Shown: positions 20,032 through 30,559 of the stretch, piece by piece
Position numbering within the stretch: the first letter of the stretch is position 1
How the letters are laid out: every line of letters starts with the position of its first letter
From: an uncultured delta proteobacterium
GTDB lineage: Bacteria; Desulfobacterota; RBG-13-43-22
Direction: 5' to 3'
NCBI GenBank assembly: GCA_963743305.1
Contig: CAVUPH010000036.1
Coordinates: 1 to 63,856 of the forward strand
Length of the DNA stretch: 63,856 nt
Made by a program: the position numbers and the translations under genes
Notes under the pieces: model-generated
What the model was told of the DNA's origin: nothing
The model's database searches: none
The model's input: the letters and a program-made list of their open reading frames with translations, nothing else

Positions 20032-21701
20032 TTGCCGGCTCAGACCACCAGACTCATCGCGTCGCTGGTCCTGGTGCTTTTCTGCCTGACGTCGATCGGT
20101 TCCGGCGAAGGGTCGGCGCAGTGCACGGACGGCCAGTACACCTATACCTTCACCAATTCCTGCCCCTATCCGATCTGGATCGGGCAGTCGGCAAAAACGG
20201 GGAACCCCCGGTCCTACCCGCCTCAGGTCGGTGATTGGCTGCTGGCCAAAAGCTGCACATCCGACAGTCAGTGCCTTTCCAACCATTGTGACCCGAGCAC
20301 GGCCCAGTGCACCTGCAACACGTCCAGCGATTGCGAGGGGGGGCCGCGTGCCAGCCGAACGGCTTGTGCCGCAGGACCGCCACCTTCTGCATGCCGCAGG
20401 ATTGGATATCCGGCACGTTCTGGCCGCGCACGGGCTGCACTCGGGTCGGCACGGGGGGCCTCAACTGCGACACCGGCCAGTGCACGCCCACGGGAACGAC
20501 CGACGGCCTGCTGGACTGCGGTGTGGGCATCACGTCGCCCTTGCCGCCCGCGACGCAGTTCGAGGTCACATCGGCTTTTAATCCAACGACCATGAAGGGC
20601 TCTGCCAACTACGACGTCAGCCTCGTGGCCGGCGGGAACGTGGAGATGAAGGTCACACCGGTCGGCGGCTATTTCGGGGTACCCGGCATAGGCGTCCCGG
20701 ACAACCAGGTCGCCTGCTATAACGCCGGTTGCACCGCGGCCCTCAATGCGCCAACCTGCCCGGTCAGCTTGCGGCCGCAACCTCCCGGGAACACGGCCAT
20801 TGGCTGCCTCGATCCCTGCACCCAGTGCCAGCGCACGGCGCCGGGCGGCAGTACGCCCAATGAGGCGATCTACGCCTCGCTGAAGTGCAACCTGCCCATC
20901 ACCACGGACATCTCGGGAAACGCACCCGCAACAACGGTTCCTTGCGGCGTCACCGGCGGCGGACCGCCGACTTATCTCGACATGTACTGCGCGGCGAATT
21001 TCAGCGATACGGGAAAACCGGCGCAGGCATCCGCCAACCAAGGTTCTCACACCGCTTTTGCACAGAGCGACTGTTTCCCAGGCAGGACCTATGTCGTACC
21101 CACCTTCGCCTCCGGCTACCAGGGGCCTGCGGGTGCCGGGGTGTGCCTCTGGGCGTCCTCACCGCAAAACGGGATTCCCGACATCAACGACTATGGCTGG
21201 GCCGACGCCGCGAGCCAGACGACGTTACAGTGCAGCAACCTGTCGGACGGGACACCGTGCGGCGGCTATCTGACGGGCGTGCCCTACCCCCTCGGACTTG
21301 GCTACACCTGTCAAACGGCGACTTACACCGATAACCAGAATACGGTACGCACGGCGCACCTATGCATGCCGCCAACCACCAGCGGCCTTGGCACGTGTAC
21401 AAAGGATTCGCAGGGATTGAACCCCCTGTACACAGGCGTGGGCGGGGTCTACAACGCCTCGTGGCTGACCGCCGGGTTACAGGCGGGCGGGGGCACGGTG
21501 CCGTATTATCAGACCTTCAAGGCGGTATGCGGCGCGTCCTACACGTGGCAATACGATGACACTGCCAGCGGCTTCGAGTGCGACACCCCCCCGGCCCCCG
21601 GCAGGGGCCTGCTGCCCTTCAGCGGCTTCAACGTTACGTTCTGCCACTGGGGGGATGGACCGCTCTCGCCAAGGCTCTTTCTGCCTTTAATCTTAAAATA
21701 A
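20032..21701 (+). CDS. Secreted thaumatin/PR-5-like Cys-rich protein; apparent 1-G deletion in G7 at 20337-20343
   Basis: RBS AGGAG, TTG start and signal peptide. YTFTNSCPYPIWIG, SGTFWPRTGC, CDTGQC, PPATQFE, YDVSLVAG.N, FKAVC..SYTWQYDD..S.FEC and FNVTFC match thaumatin motifs in order. Confidence 0.82.
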
Positions 21702-21746
21702 TTGGCATAAAAATCCGTTGTCAAGAATCGCGGAAGGAGAATCAAA

Positions 21747-22025
21747 ATGGCCAAAGATCCAGGGATCGGATATCGAGTAGTAGCTACCATCACCGGGGTG
21801 AAGGGAAAATGCAATGCGGCCCATCAGGTGGGAGAGAACTTTGAGATCAGTTGTTACCAGCCCGGCGGGTTGTGCGGCTTCTTCTACCATGACCTCTTTC
21901 CCAACCTGATGACCTTTCAGTTTGGGGGGAATCTCCCCTGGTGGGAAGGCGACACCATAGAAGTGCAATGCCCCGATCCTTACAACCTCGTGACCATGAA
22001 GCTGGAACGATCAAAGCGAGCCTGA
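21747..22025 (+). CDS. TIGR04076-like small Cys-containing protein
   Basis: VKGKCNAAHQVGE.F, GLCGFFYHDLFP, VQCPDP; RBS AAGGAG. Confidence 0.8.
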   Translation: MAKDPGIGYRVVATITGVKGKCNAAHQVGENFEISCYQPGGLCGFFYHDLFPNLMTFQFGGNLPWWEGDTIEVQCPDPYNLVTMKLERSKRA

Positions 22026-22049
22026 TAACCAATTCATAAGGAGCCGGCA

Positions 22050-22625
22050 ATGGATAGAAAGCCCCTGGGGGCCGGTAAAAGCAGTTTTGATCTGATCGAC
22101 CCCGAAATACTGTTCTCTGCTTTAGGCCTCAAGGAAGATGCCGTTTTTCTTGATGCCGCCTGCGGCCGCGGCGCCTACTCGCTGGCGGCCGCGCCATATA
22201 TTGGGCCGGCGGGCCGGATCTACGCCTTCGATCTTTGGGAGGAAGGAATCGAAGCGTTACAAAAGGAAACCCTCTTAAAAGCAAACACCCCTATTGTCGC
22301 CCAAGTAGTCGACGTCAGCCGACAGATCCCGCTGGAAGAACAATCCGTTGATGTCTGCCTGCTGGCCACGGTCTTACATGATCTTATTCAAGACCGGACG
22401 GAAACGGGCGCCATCAGAGAGATCGGGCGCGTATTAAAACCAGGGGGGATCTTGGCTATCGTCGAGTTCAAAAAAATCGAAGGACCGCCCGGGCCGCCGA
22501 TCCGAATTCGGATCGGTCCGGATGAGCTGGAAGAACGGCTTCAGCCCTATCCTTTCAGGCTTCTCCGGGTAATGGACCTCGGCCCGTTCAACTACCTGGC
22601 TCTTTTTGAAATGAAAAGCAGTTAA
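22050..22625 (+). CDS. Class I SAM-dependent methyltransferase
   Basis: FLDAACGRG, IYAFD, VLHDL, RVLKPGG.LAIVEF. Confidence 0.88.
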   Translation: MDRKPLGAGKSSFDLIDPEILFSALGLKEDAVFLDAACGRGAYSLAAAPYIGPAGRIYAFDLWEEGIEALQKETLLKANTPIVAQVVDVSRQIPLEEQSVDVCLLATVLHDLIQDRTETGAIREIGRVLKPGGILAIVEFKKIEGPPGPPIRIRIGPDELEERLQPYPFRLLRVMDLGPFNYLALFEMKSS

Positions 22626-23036
22626 GGCCCATACCAGAGCGGGGATTACCGCTGTAATTGGATTTAGCTTACTCAATCCGACCCCTTGGTCTCCGGCGCT
22701 GGGCATAAAGACATCATTATCCGTTGGGGGGAGTGGTTTATTTTGGCTTGGTGTTTGCTTCGTCTGCCAGTGATGCCCAGACAGAAAATACCAGGCCAAA
22801 GAAAGTGTTGACATTTTTCTCTCAGTCCTATTTATTAATCGATAATTTTTCGTTCCTGCCTTTCGCACGAATTATCCGAGGTTATCTTAACTGAAGCTTC
22901 CGGGACATCTTTAGGGCCTAACTCGCCCTACTATCTAATATTCGGAAGTTAAAAAGGGATGAATAGAGGAGCCCGCCTCCTTTTTCATAACCCGAGAATA
23001 AATCCGCAACCGCAATGGTGAAAGGAGATTGAGTTC

Positions 23037-24113
23037 ATGAGGTTCCTGTTTCCCCCCCGCGTTCTGCTTCTCCCATTTTTATTATTTTTTTTAGTGGTCA
23101 GGTTATACGGCCCGGATGGAACCATGCTCTGTCAGGCATTTTCCAGCAGCGGCGGAATGGCCGAGATCAATGACTGCCCTCTCCCGTCCAACGGGACCTA
23201 TACCATTCTTTCTGCCGATTACAACTATTCGGAGACCGGGAATTATGGATTATATCTGCAAAGGCTGAATAACCCGGAAAGCTCTACGGTTCTGGGTTAC
23301 GGTCAAAACATTGGCGGCGAAATTTCATTTGCTGCCGAAATGGACACCTATACTTTTTCCGGAGTAGCCGGGGAATGGGTATTGATCAACCTGGCCGTAA
23401 CCCTGGGCACACTGGACCCTCAAATCCGGCTGTACCGTCCGGACGGCACATTGTTGTGCAATGCATCTAACAGCAATGGCGGATTCGCGGAAATCACCAA
23501 TTGCCAGCTTTCCGACACGGGCACCTATACGCTTCTGGTCAACGATTACGGAGATATCGATCCGGGGAATTACCGTCTCTATCTCCAGAGGCTGACCGAC
23601 GCCGTGAATACGACCCCCCTGTCCTTTGGGGTCCCTTTAGCCGCCGATATAGCCCTCGCCTCCGAGATCGATACCTACACGTTCAACGCGACCGCCGGTG
23701 ACCGGGTGTTGATCGATATGGCCGTCTCCTCCGGTCTATTGGATCCCCAAATCCGCCTTTTCGGGCCGAACGGCACCCAGGTTTGCCAAGATTACAAAAC
23801 CAGCGGCGGAGCGGCTGAAATCGCTGACTGCCAGTTACCGGCTACCGGGACCTACCAGATTTTGGCCGGAGATTATGGAAGCACCGAAACCGGGAATTAC
23901 GGGATTTTTCTCCAGCGGTTGAACCAACCTGGTAATTCCACAGTCGTCACCTATGGGCAAAACATTACCCGAGACATCATCCTGACCGCCGAAATGGACA
24001 CCTTCACCTTTGTCGGGACCGCCAATGACTGGGTGGTGATTGACATGGCCGTCACCCTGGGGGGTCTGGATCCTCAAATTCGCTTATTCCGTCCCGATGG
24101 TACCCAATTCTGA
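23037..24113 (+). CDS. Secreted protein of tandem PPC-like beta-sandwich repeats (109-aa period), possibly truncated
   Basis: Hydrophobic N-terminus. LDPQIRL(Y/F).PDGT units recur every 327 bp (23414, 23741, 24068); E.DTYTF and GTY.I motifs. Confidence 0.7.
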   Translation: MRFLFPPRVLLLPFLLFFLVVRLYGPDGTMLCQAFSSSGGMAEINDCPLPSNGTYTILSADYNYSETGNYGLYLQRLNNPESSTVLGYGQNIGGEISFAAEMDTYTFSGVAGEWVLINLAVTLGTLDPQIRLYRPDGTLLCNASNSNGGFAEITNCQLSDTGTYTLLVNDYGDIDPGNYRLYLQRLTDAVNTTPLSFGVPLAADIALASEIDTYTFNATAGDRVLIDMAVSSGLLDPQIRLFGPNGTQVCQDYKTSGGAAEIADCQLPATGTYQILAGDYGSTETGNYGIFLQRLNQPGNSTVVTYGQNITRDIILTAEMDTFTFVGTANDWVVIDMAVTLGGLDPQIRLFRPDGTQF

Positions 24114-24335
24114 GCTATAACGGGGATCAATAAATAGGGATTATCCACCCCTGTTGCGAGGAGAAATTAAAAGCCGTCGCCCGGATCGTCAATGTATCGG
24201 TCTTGGCCTATAAGTGGGTGATCCCGAAAGATTGCTCATTTTTCTCCTTGACATCCCTGATATCGATTTCCTAAAATACGCTTCAACTCTAACGAGAAAA
24301 ATTCCATTTTTAAGATCCCCTTCACACGGCACAGG

Positions 24336-24686
24336 GTGAGACGGCGCGTCGTGTTGTTGGATCACCCCATCGGCAATCTGGAGCGCTGCCGAGAATGCAA
24401 CGCCGAATGCTGCCGCTCGTTTCCCGCCGTAAACATTACCTGGACTGAATACAACAAACTGAGGGACCTGGGCGCCAACCGCCTTTACTTTTCCTTGTCC
24501 GGCCGCTGCAAGCTAATTATTGAAAACGGCTGCGAATTTCTTTTGAACGCCCGGTGTTCCATTTATGAAAATCGGCCGGATATCTGCAGACGCTTCCTCT
24601 GCGCCGATTATCTGCCCGGAGAGAAAAGGCCCTTTTTCCCGCACTGGCGAATACATCACCGGGTACCCAAACCTTTTGCTCCCTGA
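24336..24686 (+). CDS. YkgJ-family (CxxCxxCC) Fe-S/Zn cluster protein
   Basis: CRECNAECC and CEFL...CSIYENRPDICRRF.C. Confidence 0.8.
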   Translation: MRRRVVLLDHPIGNLERCRECNAECCRSFPAVNITWTEYNKLRDLGANRLYFSLSGRCKLIIENGCEFLLNARCSIYENRPDICRRFLCADYLPGEKRPFFPHWRIHHRVPKPFAP

Positions 24687-24930
24687 TTTTATCATAGACA
24701 ATTTCCCATTTCCAATCGAAGGGGACGTCTGCCGGTGTAAACCGCAAAGTTCGGGTCAGACCCGTTCCCGGAAAGAATTTGGAACAACAACAGTAGCATT
24801 CAACCTTCCCTTTCCAGAAATTGGAAGCCTTTTAGGGGACAGGGCTCTTTAAATTATGAATTTTGGAAAATGGGGGTGCTGATAAAAGCCATTATAAATA
24901 TAACTAATTGCAATTGCATATAAAAATTTT

Positions 24931-24946
24931 TGGCACGATAAATGCT
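24931..24946 (+). promoter_or_regulatory. Sigma54 (-24/-12) promoter
   Basis: TGGCACG-ATAA-ATGCT with correct GG to GC spacing, in an AT-rich region upstream of 25030. Confidence 0.7.
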
Positions 24947-25029
24947 GACATAAGTCTATATCTCTACATTATGTAGAGAAAGATTTGAAAGTCTTTTTAC
25001 AGAAATTATAAGTAGGGAGGTGAACTTAA

Positions 25030-25347
25030 ATGAAAAAGATCATCGTTTGGACTATGGCTTTGGTATTTGCCCTGTCTGTTTCTATGGCTTTTGCCGCTGA
25101 TGAAAAGGCTACTCCTGCCGAAAAAAAGGCCGCGCAAAAAGTTGAAAAGGCTGGGACAAAGGCTGCCGAAAAGGTTGACATGACTGCAGTTCCGGCTGCC
25201 GAAAAGGTTCAAAAGGCTGAAGAAAAGGCTGTCGAAAAGGTTGATAAGGCCGCCGTAACAGCCAAAAAGAAGGTAAAGAAAGCCAAGAAAGCAGCGGTAA
25301 AGAAGGTGCAAGAAAAGAAAGACGAGATGAAAGAAGAAAAGAAATAA
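25030..25347 (+). CDS. Small exported Lys/Ala/Glu-rich low-complexity protein
   Basis: RBS GGAGG, signal peptide ending AFA, repeated (A)EKV(D/E/Q)KA units. Confidence 0.8.
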   Translation: MKKIIVWTMALVFALSVSMAFAADEKATPAEKKAAQKVEKAGTKAAEKVDMTAVPAAEKVQKAEEKAVEKVDKAAVTAKKKVKKAKKAAVKKVQEKKDEMKEEKK

Positions 25348-25369
25348 TCTTCTTATCTTACTGCCCGAT

Positions 25370-25410
25370 AAAAAGGGGTGAAATCGGGTTATCCGGTTTC
25401 ACCTTTTTTA
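25370..25410 (+). terminator. Rho-independent terminator
   Basis: GGTGAAATCGG-loop-CCGGTTTCACC followed by TTTTTT and preceded by an A tract. Confidence 0.8.
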
Positions 25411-25709
25411 TTTATACCCCTCATTATGACGAGTAATCATAGCTGTGTTGAAGCGGTTTCCTTGTTGTAACCGCACCGGCGCGGGATCCTTTTTGGTTGA
25501 ATGAGGGGAGAGGATCGTTTCCGTATCCTGCCGCTCCCGTTTCACCTTCCCTAATCAACGCCGAATGATCGATCCTTCTTATTTGTCGAGCACCTCTTCT
25601 ATCTGGTCAATATGCATCCGGCGATGATCGGATCGATAGAGTCTGAACTTCTCACCGAGGCCTTCGACGGCCATAATCAGCTCCGGAGGGGCTTCTTCCA
25701 GTTCACGAT

Positions 25710-26246
25710 CTATGGCCTCCGCGGATGAAACCGTTCTTTTTCGCTGAAGACGCAGCCGCAGTAGGGCTGTCGGTAAAGGCCCAGGGCCTTGGACTCCTTG
25801 ACCCCCTCGTTCCAGCCGCTCCGAAAATCCTGGTAATAAAAAGGGATCTCATAGCGGTTGCTGATTTCCTCCCCCACTTCCCGGATCCAGTCATGTCTTT
25901 GATAGCGGCTGTAAAGCAGGGTGGTGGTGAAGGCCTCGAAGGATTGCGCCCGGGCTTCCTTCGCGGCAGCCGTGAGCCGCATCCGGTAGCAGACCCGGCA
26001 GCGGTCCGGCCCCCAGGGGCGGGTTTGGGATAGAAATTCCTCAAGGTCGTAACTCGGATCAAAATGAACTTTCAGGTCCGCCTCTTGGGCGTACTCCTCC
26101 AGCGTGGCTTTTCGCCTGATAAATTCGCGGTAGGGATGGATGTTGGGATTGTAGAAAAATCCGGCGACCCGGTGGTTCTGTTCCCGCAGGACCTTCAGCG
26201 GGTGGATGGTGCAGGGGGCGCAACAGATGTGCAGGAGTAGTTTCAT
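25710..26246 (-). CDS. queH: Epoxyqueuosine reductase
   Basis: LLLHICCAPC, FYNPNIHP..E, RCRVCYRMRL, LYRQPYCGCVFSE. Confidence 0.92.
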   Translation of the reverse strand: MKLLLHICCAPCTIHPLKVLREQNHRVAGFFYNPNIHPYREFIRRKATLEEYAQEADLKVHFDPSYDLEEFLSQTRPWGPDRCRVCYRMRLTAAAKEARAQSFEAFTTTLLYSRYQRHDWIREVGEEISNRYEIPFYYQDFRSGWNEGVKESKALGLYRQPYCGCVFSEKERFHPRRP

Positions 26247-26283
26247 ACGGCTAGAAAATCCGGAAAAGACTATTCGTTTTTAT

Positions 26284-27153
26284 TTACCCCATCAACTCCT
26301 TGACGGCCTCTCCCACTTTGGTCAGGTCCACCACTACCCGGATGCCGGCAGCCTTCAGCACGGCCATTTTTTCCTGGGCGGTTCCTGATTTCCCGGAGAT
26401 GATGGCCCCGGCGTGGCCCATGCGGCGCCCGGGGGGGGCCGTCTGGCCGGCGATGAAGGTCACCACCGGTTTGGGGAAATGCTCCTTAATGAAAGCGGCG
26501 GCCTCTTCTTCGGCGGTCCCGCCGATCTCGCCGATCAGGACCACCCCACTGGTCTGACCATCCTCGGCAAACAACTTTAATAGATCGATAAAGTTCAACC
26601 CGATAATCGGATCCCCGCCGATCCCCAGGCAGGTGGACTGGCCCAGACCCTGTTTGCTGATCTGATCCACCACCTCGTAGGTCAGAGTGCCGCTGCGGGA
26701 GATGACGCCGACAGATCCCGGCTGAAAGATATACCCCGGCATGATCCCCAGCTTGCAGGCCCCGGGGGTGATGATCCCCGGGCAGTTGGGCCCGATCAGG
26801 ACCGACGAGCGGCCTTTCAAATAATGCTTCACCCGGACCATATCCAGGGTGGGCAACCCTTCGGTGATACAGGCAATAACCCCGATCCCCGCGGCCGCGG
26901 CCTCCATAATGGTATCGGGAGCAAAAGCGGGAGGCACGAAGATGATGGAAACGTTGGCCCCCTGTTCAGCCACCGCGTCCGCCACCGTATGGTAAACCGG
27001 CACCCCTTCCAGTTTCTGGCCGCCCTTGCCCGGCGTCACCCCGGCCACCACTTGAGTGCCGTATTCCAGCATTTGTCTGGTGTGGAAGCTCCCTTCCTTT
27101 CCGGTGACCCCTTGAACCACAACCCGGCTTTTCTTGTCGACCAAAATGCTCAC
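26284..27153 (-). CDS. sucD: Succinyl-CoA ligase alpha subunit
   Basis: GTG start with [43 protein letters not shown]. Confidence 0.95.
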   Translation of the reverse strand: MSILVDKKSRVVVQGVTGKEGSFHTRQMLEYGTQVVAGVTPGKGGQKLEGVPVYHTVADAVAEQGANVSIIFVPPAFAPDTIMEAAAAGIGVIACITEGLPTLDMVRVKHYLKGRSSVLIGPNCPGIITPGACKLGIMPGYIFQPGSVGVISRSGTLTYEVVDQISKQGLGQSTCLGIGGDPIIGLNFIDLLKLFAEDGQTSGVVLIGEIGGTAEEEAAAFIKEHFPKPVVTFIAGQTAPPGRRMGHAGAIISGKSGTAQEKMAVLKAAGIRVVVDLTKVGEAVKELMG

Positions 27154-27166
27154 GACAACCTCCTCA

Positions 27167-28333
<1,167 letters not shown>

Positions 28334-28432
28334 GGATGCGCCCCCTGTTCAGGAATTTTCTCAACTTACCCAAAGGGTTTTTAGGTGTCAATTAAAATTG
28401 ACGGGTTCTTTCGAAGCCGTTATAAACCAAAA

Positions 28433-28484
28433 CCCCCTCACCTTTCCTCTACCCCGATCAGGAGGAGAGATAAGGATGAGGGGG
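28433..28484. repeat. REP-like hairpin or terminator downstream of paaK
   Basis: CCCCCTCACCTTTCCTCT...GAGAGATAAGGATGAGGGGG imperfect inverted repeat. Confidence 0.45.
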
Positions 28485-28521
28485 CAGTAGCCGCTCAAAA
28501 TATAACTGGATTAATTTTTAC

Positions 28522-29826
28522 TTACTTTTGGCGTTCGTCGATGACTCTCTTGGCCTTACCCTCGCTGCGGGTGATGGTCCCGGGGGCCACCAAACGCACC
28601 CGGATGCCGATACCGATCATCCCTTTGATGTGATTCTCTATTTTTTGCTCGGCTCCTTTAATCGTTTCCGCCCCGGCTTCGTAGATCGCCGGTTTGGCCT
28701 CCACATGTACTTCCAGGGTGTCCAGATAGCCCTTTTTCTTCACGATAATGACGTATTGGGGCTCCACCTCTTTCTGGTCCAACAGCAGGCTTTCGATCTG
28801 GGAAGGGAAAATATTGACCCCGCTGATGATCAACATGTCATCGCTACGCCCGTAGACCTTTTCCATTTTTATCAGGGTGCGGCCGCAGGCACATTTTTCC
28901 CGTTTGATAGAGGTGATATCCCGGGTACGGTAGCGTAAGAGCGGCATGGCCTGGCGCTGGATGGCCGTAAAAACCAGCTCCCCTTTTTGACCCAGGGGCA
29001 GGACCTCCCCGGTGACGGGATCGATGATTTCAATCAGGATATGGTCTTCGTTGACGTGCAGGTAGCCATCCTGGACTTCGCAGTCGAAGGCCACCCCCGG
29101 CCCCCCCAATTCGGTCAGTCCATAAGCCTCATGGGCCTTGATGCCCATCCGTTCCTCGATTTCCTTGCGCATCTCCTGGGTCCAGGGCTCGGCCCCGAAG
29201 ACCCCCACTCGGAGAGGCAGGGATTTCATATCCACACCCATCTGAGCGGCCTTTTCGGCAATCGTCAGGGCATAGGAGGGGGTGGAGAAAAGAACGGTGC
29301 TTCGAAAATCCTGCATGATGGTAATCTGCCGTTCCGTCTGGCCGGACGAGGTGGGGACTACCGTGGCCCCGATTTTGGTGGCTCCCTGGTGGAAGCCGAG
29401 TCCGCCGGTGAACAATCCATAACCGTAGGCGTTCTGAATGATGTCATTGGACCGTACCCCGGCCGCCGTCATATTTCGGGCCATGCAATCGGTCCATTGT
29501 TCCAGATCGTCCGCCGTATAAGGACCGGTGATGGGTTTGCCGGTTGTGCCGGAGGAGGCATGGACTCGGACCAGGTCTTGGACGGGAATGGCGCAGAGGC
29601 CAAAAGGATAATTGTCCCGCAGGTCGTTTTTGACGGTGAAGGGCAGTTTGGCCAAGTCAGTCAATGATTGGATATCCGCAGGTTTTACCCCCAGGTCCTC
29701 CAGCTTGTTTTTATAAAAAGGGATTTTCTCATAAACCCATTGGACCGTTTTCTTCAACTGATTGAGCTGGAAATCCTGCATGGCTTCCACCGACATGGTC
29801 TCGAACTTTTCGTCCCAGTACTTCAT
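28522..29826 (-). CDS. paaK: Phenylacetate-CoA ligase family protein
   Basis: LRDNYPFG, HASSGTTGKP, YGYGLFTGGLG, GAEPWT, YGLTE, RYRTRD, GRSDDMLIISGVNIFPSQIE. Confidence 0.9.
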   Translation of the reverse strand: MKYWDEKFETMSVEAMQDFQLNQLKKTVQWVYEKIPFYKNKLEDLGVKPADIQSLTDLAKLPFTVKNDLRDNYPFGLCAIPVQDLVRVHASSGTTGKPITGPYTADDLEQWTDCMARNMTAAGVRSNDIIQNAYGYGLFTGGLGFHQGATKIGATVVPTSSGQTERQITIMQDFRSTVLFSTPSYALTIAEKAAQMGVDMKSLPLRVGVFGAEPWTQEMRKEIEERMGIKAHEAYGLTELGGPGVAFDCEVQDGYLHVNEDHILIEIIDPVTGEVLPLGQKGELVFTAIQRQAMPLLRYRTRDITSIKREKCACGRTLIKMEKVYGRSDDMLIISGVNIFPSQIESLLLDQKEVEPQYVIIVKKKGYLDTLEVHVEAKPAIYEAGAETIKGAEQKIENHIKGMIGIGIRVRLVAPGTITRSEGKAKRVIDERQK

Positions 29827-29980
29827 AACGCCCTCCTTAAAATGATATTAGCTCCACAGATGCCCGCCGCTGGCCAGGGGGTACTCCGTAACTACGATGT
29901 GATTATAATATGGTTAAAACACGGTTATCAAGGAACCATAGACCTGTCAAGCGATTTCTTGACCGGATCCGGTCGGCGGT

Positions 29981-30211
29981 TTAATCCTTTTTGGGGAGAG
30001 TTTTTTTGACCTCTTCGAGATGGGCTTCAAATTCGGGGAACAGATCGGAAAGGAAACGGACTCCTTGTTTGGTGAAGCCGGTATAGGTGTCGGAAACCAC
30101 GTACTTGCGAAGGTCTATATAGTTCTTGCCCTTATATTCCTTCACCGAAAACAAGAGGTAATCGGTGGGGTTCAGTTGCATTCGGGCGATCTCTCCGTCT
30201 TCTTTTTCCAT
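29981..30211 (-). CDS. PC4/YdbC-family ssDNA-binding protein
   Basis: SVKEYKGKNYIDLRKY....GFTKQGV. Confidence 0.75.
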   Translation of the reverse strand: MEKEDGEIARMQLNPTDYLLFSVKEYKGKNYIDLRKYVVSDTYTGFTKQGVRFLSDLFPEFEAHLEEVKKTLPKKD

Positions 30212-30559
30212 GGAAACCCTTTCTCAATAGTGAAATGTCCTTCAGGTCTTTACTTCTATTCTCTGCTCTTCCTCTCTGTCAAGGGAAAAATGGAGGGAAT
30301 CCCATACTTTTCAAGGCCATAGAAAGCCCTAAAAATTCTTGACATCAATTAGTCGGTATGATAGAAGCGGTTGGACTCTGTAAAAATATTCACAAGTCAT
30401 CAAACACATTCCATTTTTTAGAATTGAACAGGAACAAAATAAAGGGATTGTCCTAAATTGCGTAAAAAGGAGGTGGGGGCCGGGAACCGCGCGGGGATTC
30501 ACGTAACGCCACTGATTTTCTAGTATTTTCAACCTTAAGGAGGAGAGGAGAGAACGTTT

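Noticed and set aside
21703-21720. TTGGCAT as a sigma54 promoter
   Set aside because: There is no GC dinucleotide at the -12 position.
30455-30530. Possible cation-sensing riboswitch in the hppA leader
   Set aside because: This is a GC-rich patch in an AT-rich leader, but I could not match it to a known consensus; an Rfam/Infernal scan is needed.
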